Shown here piece by piece: positions 62,280 through 64,000 of a DNA stretch of 64,000 nucleotides. Below the pieces are notes generated by a model. That model did no database searches and was not told where the DNA came from. It saw only the letters and a program-made list of their open reading frames with translations. Source of the DNA: Eutreptiella sp. 'Long Island Sound 2002' (lineage: Eukaryota; Protista; Euglenida). Position 1 is the first letter of the stretch; every line of letters begins with the position of its first letter. The translations under genes and the position numbers were made by a program. Location of the stretch: the NCBI GenBank assembly GCA_964036045.1, contig OZ038378.1:181660001-181724000 (forward strand), written 5' to 3'.

Positions 62280-64000
62280 GCTGAGTTGTACCACAGGAGG
62301 GCACTTAAGGTGCTATTCAGAAGGCGCTGCATTGCTCCCTGTGCGCATACATATCTCAGTACCGGTTTTGACGTTTGGTTTGGCACACTCGTCTTTACGA
62401 AAGGCCTTCTAAAGGCCGTGCTTTTCCTCTCCGTCCACAGGAACAGCAGCCTTGCGCCTCCTGAGACATGGTGAAGCCGTTACTGACTATCATCCCCTGT
62501 ACTCATCCTCGCTAGAAACCATAGATTCAGTGCAACTGTGCTCTTGTCCTAATGCCACCAGTGCAGGGCATTGCACCCTGTGGCCAGCATGGCAGAATGT
62601 GGTCGGGTAAAGCAGAGCATAGCAGGGTGTGCCATTTGACAAGCATGGCCAGATATCGCAGGATGTCGCAGTGTGGGACAAAGCAGCAACACGAAAGAAA
62701 TGCACTGCTTGATGAGGGCCACATGCAGCCTACACCATGTTGCACACGAGCAATTGTTGGCGATCGGGCTGTACCCTTATTTTGCCTCTTCTGCCCATTC
62801 CCCATGCCCAGGTTCTCGAGGGAGCCCAACTGTGGTACCGGCAGCGTAGTAGCCTTGTTTGCGTTGACCTGCACAGCAATGCCCGAAGACGTGAACGATT
62901 GCAACTCATGGTGCGTGGTACAACGCACCGGCGTGCAAAGCCTACGCCCGCCTCACCACGGAACGTTCCATAATCAGGCAAGGACAGGTCGGTGAGAATT
63001 GAAGGGGACCAGAGCGGTCTTCGTTGGGAAAGCAAAACTCGGCTCTGTGACACCAGCTCACAGAGTCCACGCGGAAATCCCCAAACCCTTTGGAACCCCC
63101 TCTTGTACCACCCTACGATGCATGATGCGTCGTCGCCCACAACGTTGGGAGAGATTCCGGTGATTGTTCGGTGACATGAGTACCACATCGTCTCAACGAG
63201 GCCCTCTCACTTGCAGGTGTAAGCTACAAAAAAAAAGGCGTCTTGCTTCGCTGCTCGCGGCCACTATCATGTTGGGCTGGGCCCTGGGCACTGGGTTATA
63301 TGCGCCATCCCTTGCGCCCTTTGTCCAGTGCCTGGTGCCCACGAGAGAGGTAACGCGATTCCAGCAGGCATCTGTGGCACCTGACCTGGGGACCAGGGGT
63401 CTCTGCTTCACTGCCCTAACATGCCACTAGGGCCTGTACTCATTTCCTGCAGGGCTTTGCGCCACCTCAGAGGGGCACATCACATGATAATGCAGCCATA
63501 TGACTGCACGGATGTTCCGTTGTGGGGGCTTGCCCATGAACTTAATCTTGGTCTTCCCATCAGTGCCAGTCTCCTGTGCTTTGTGCTGGGGGGGAGGGGG
63601 ATTCTGTGCTCCAAATAGTTCCACATATTCCCACATGTGTAGACATATGGTCGGCGAGTTGATTTTGTGGCCTCATTGGCAGATATGACAAATAAATGCC
63701 AGTCTTCATGAGCTGCAGACCTTGGGCTTCTCATGTTGGGGCAAAGAAAATCGACAAAGAACAGCACCTCTGACATGAAACACAGAACTGGTGACATGTG
63801 ACAAGCAACAAGGTGCACAATGCAAGTTCCTCACAACAGTGTGGGCAGCGTGGGAACCACAAAGGCGCATCACTGCCCACCGGTAACCGCCCTCCCTCCG
63901 AGAGAGGGGGCGCAGTTGCGAAGGTTTGGCAGTGATTCCGGGGCATCCCAAGGTATTCTGAGGTTTCGGACTTCCAGGGCCGGCGAAAACGGCGTGCACA

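Overview
Eukaryotic genomic DNA, rich in repeats and transposons, with large spliceosomal introns. I found no prokaryotic operons, CRISPR arrays or rRNA genes. The repeat style suggests a protist, possibly a euglenid, but this is an inference and not demonstrated. Host genes were built by hand from GT/GC-AG boundaries and codon phase, and all lie on the minus strand. (1) A six-exon gene of about 914 aa with C-terminal cysteine-containing LRRs (45165->37027). (2) A very long multi-exon gene starting about 233 bp downstream (36793), with a beta-propeller-like N-terminal half, a coding 15-aa tandem repeat interrupted by an in-frame TAG, and further coiled-coil/low-complexity exons down to about 2885. 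(3) A poorly resolved, possibly damaged coiled-coil gene at about 56.3-62.3 kb. Introns and intergenic DNA hold a near-intact P-element-superfamily transposon, a tRNA-Phe-derived SINE with a 14-bp TSD, Harbinger/IS5-like transposase remnants with B-box-like zinc fingers, a DIRS adenine-methylase fragment, an RNase H fragment, several MITEs and many micro/minisatellites. The strongest novel signal is a roughly 470-bp sequence that forms one entire intron of the LRR gene, from GT to AG, and has a near-identical second copy 2 kb away. This is the signature of an introner-like, intron-generating mobile element.
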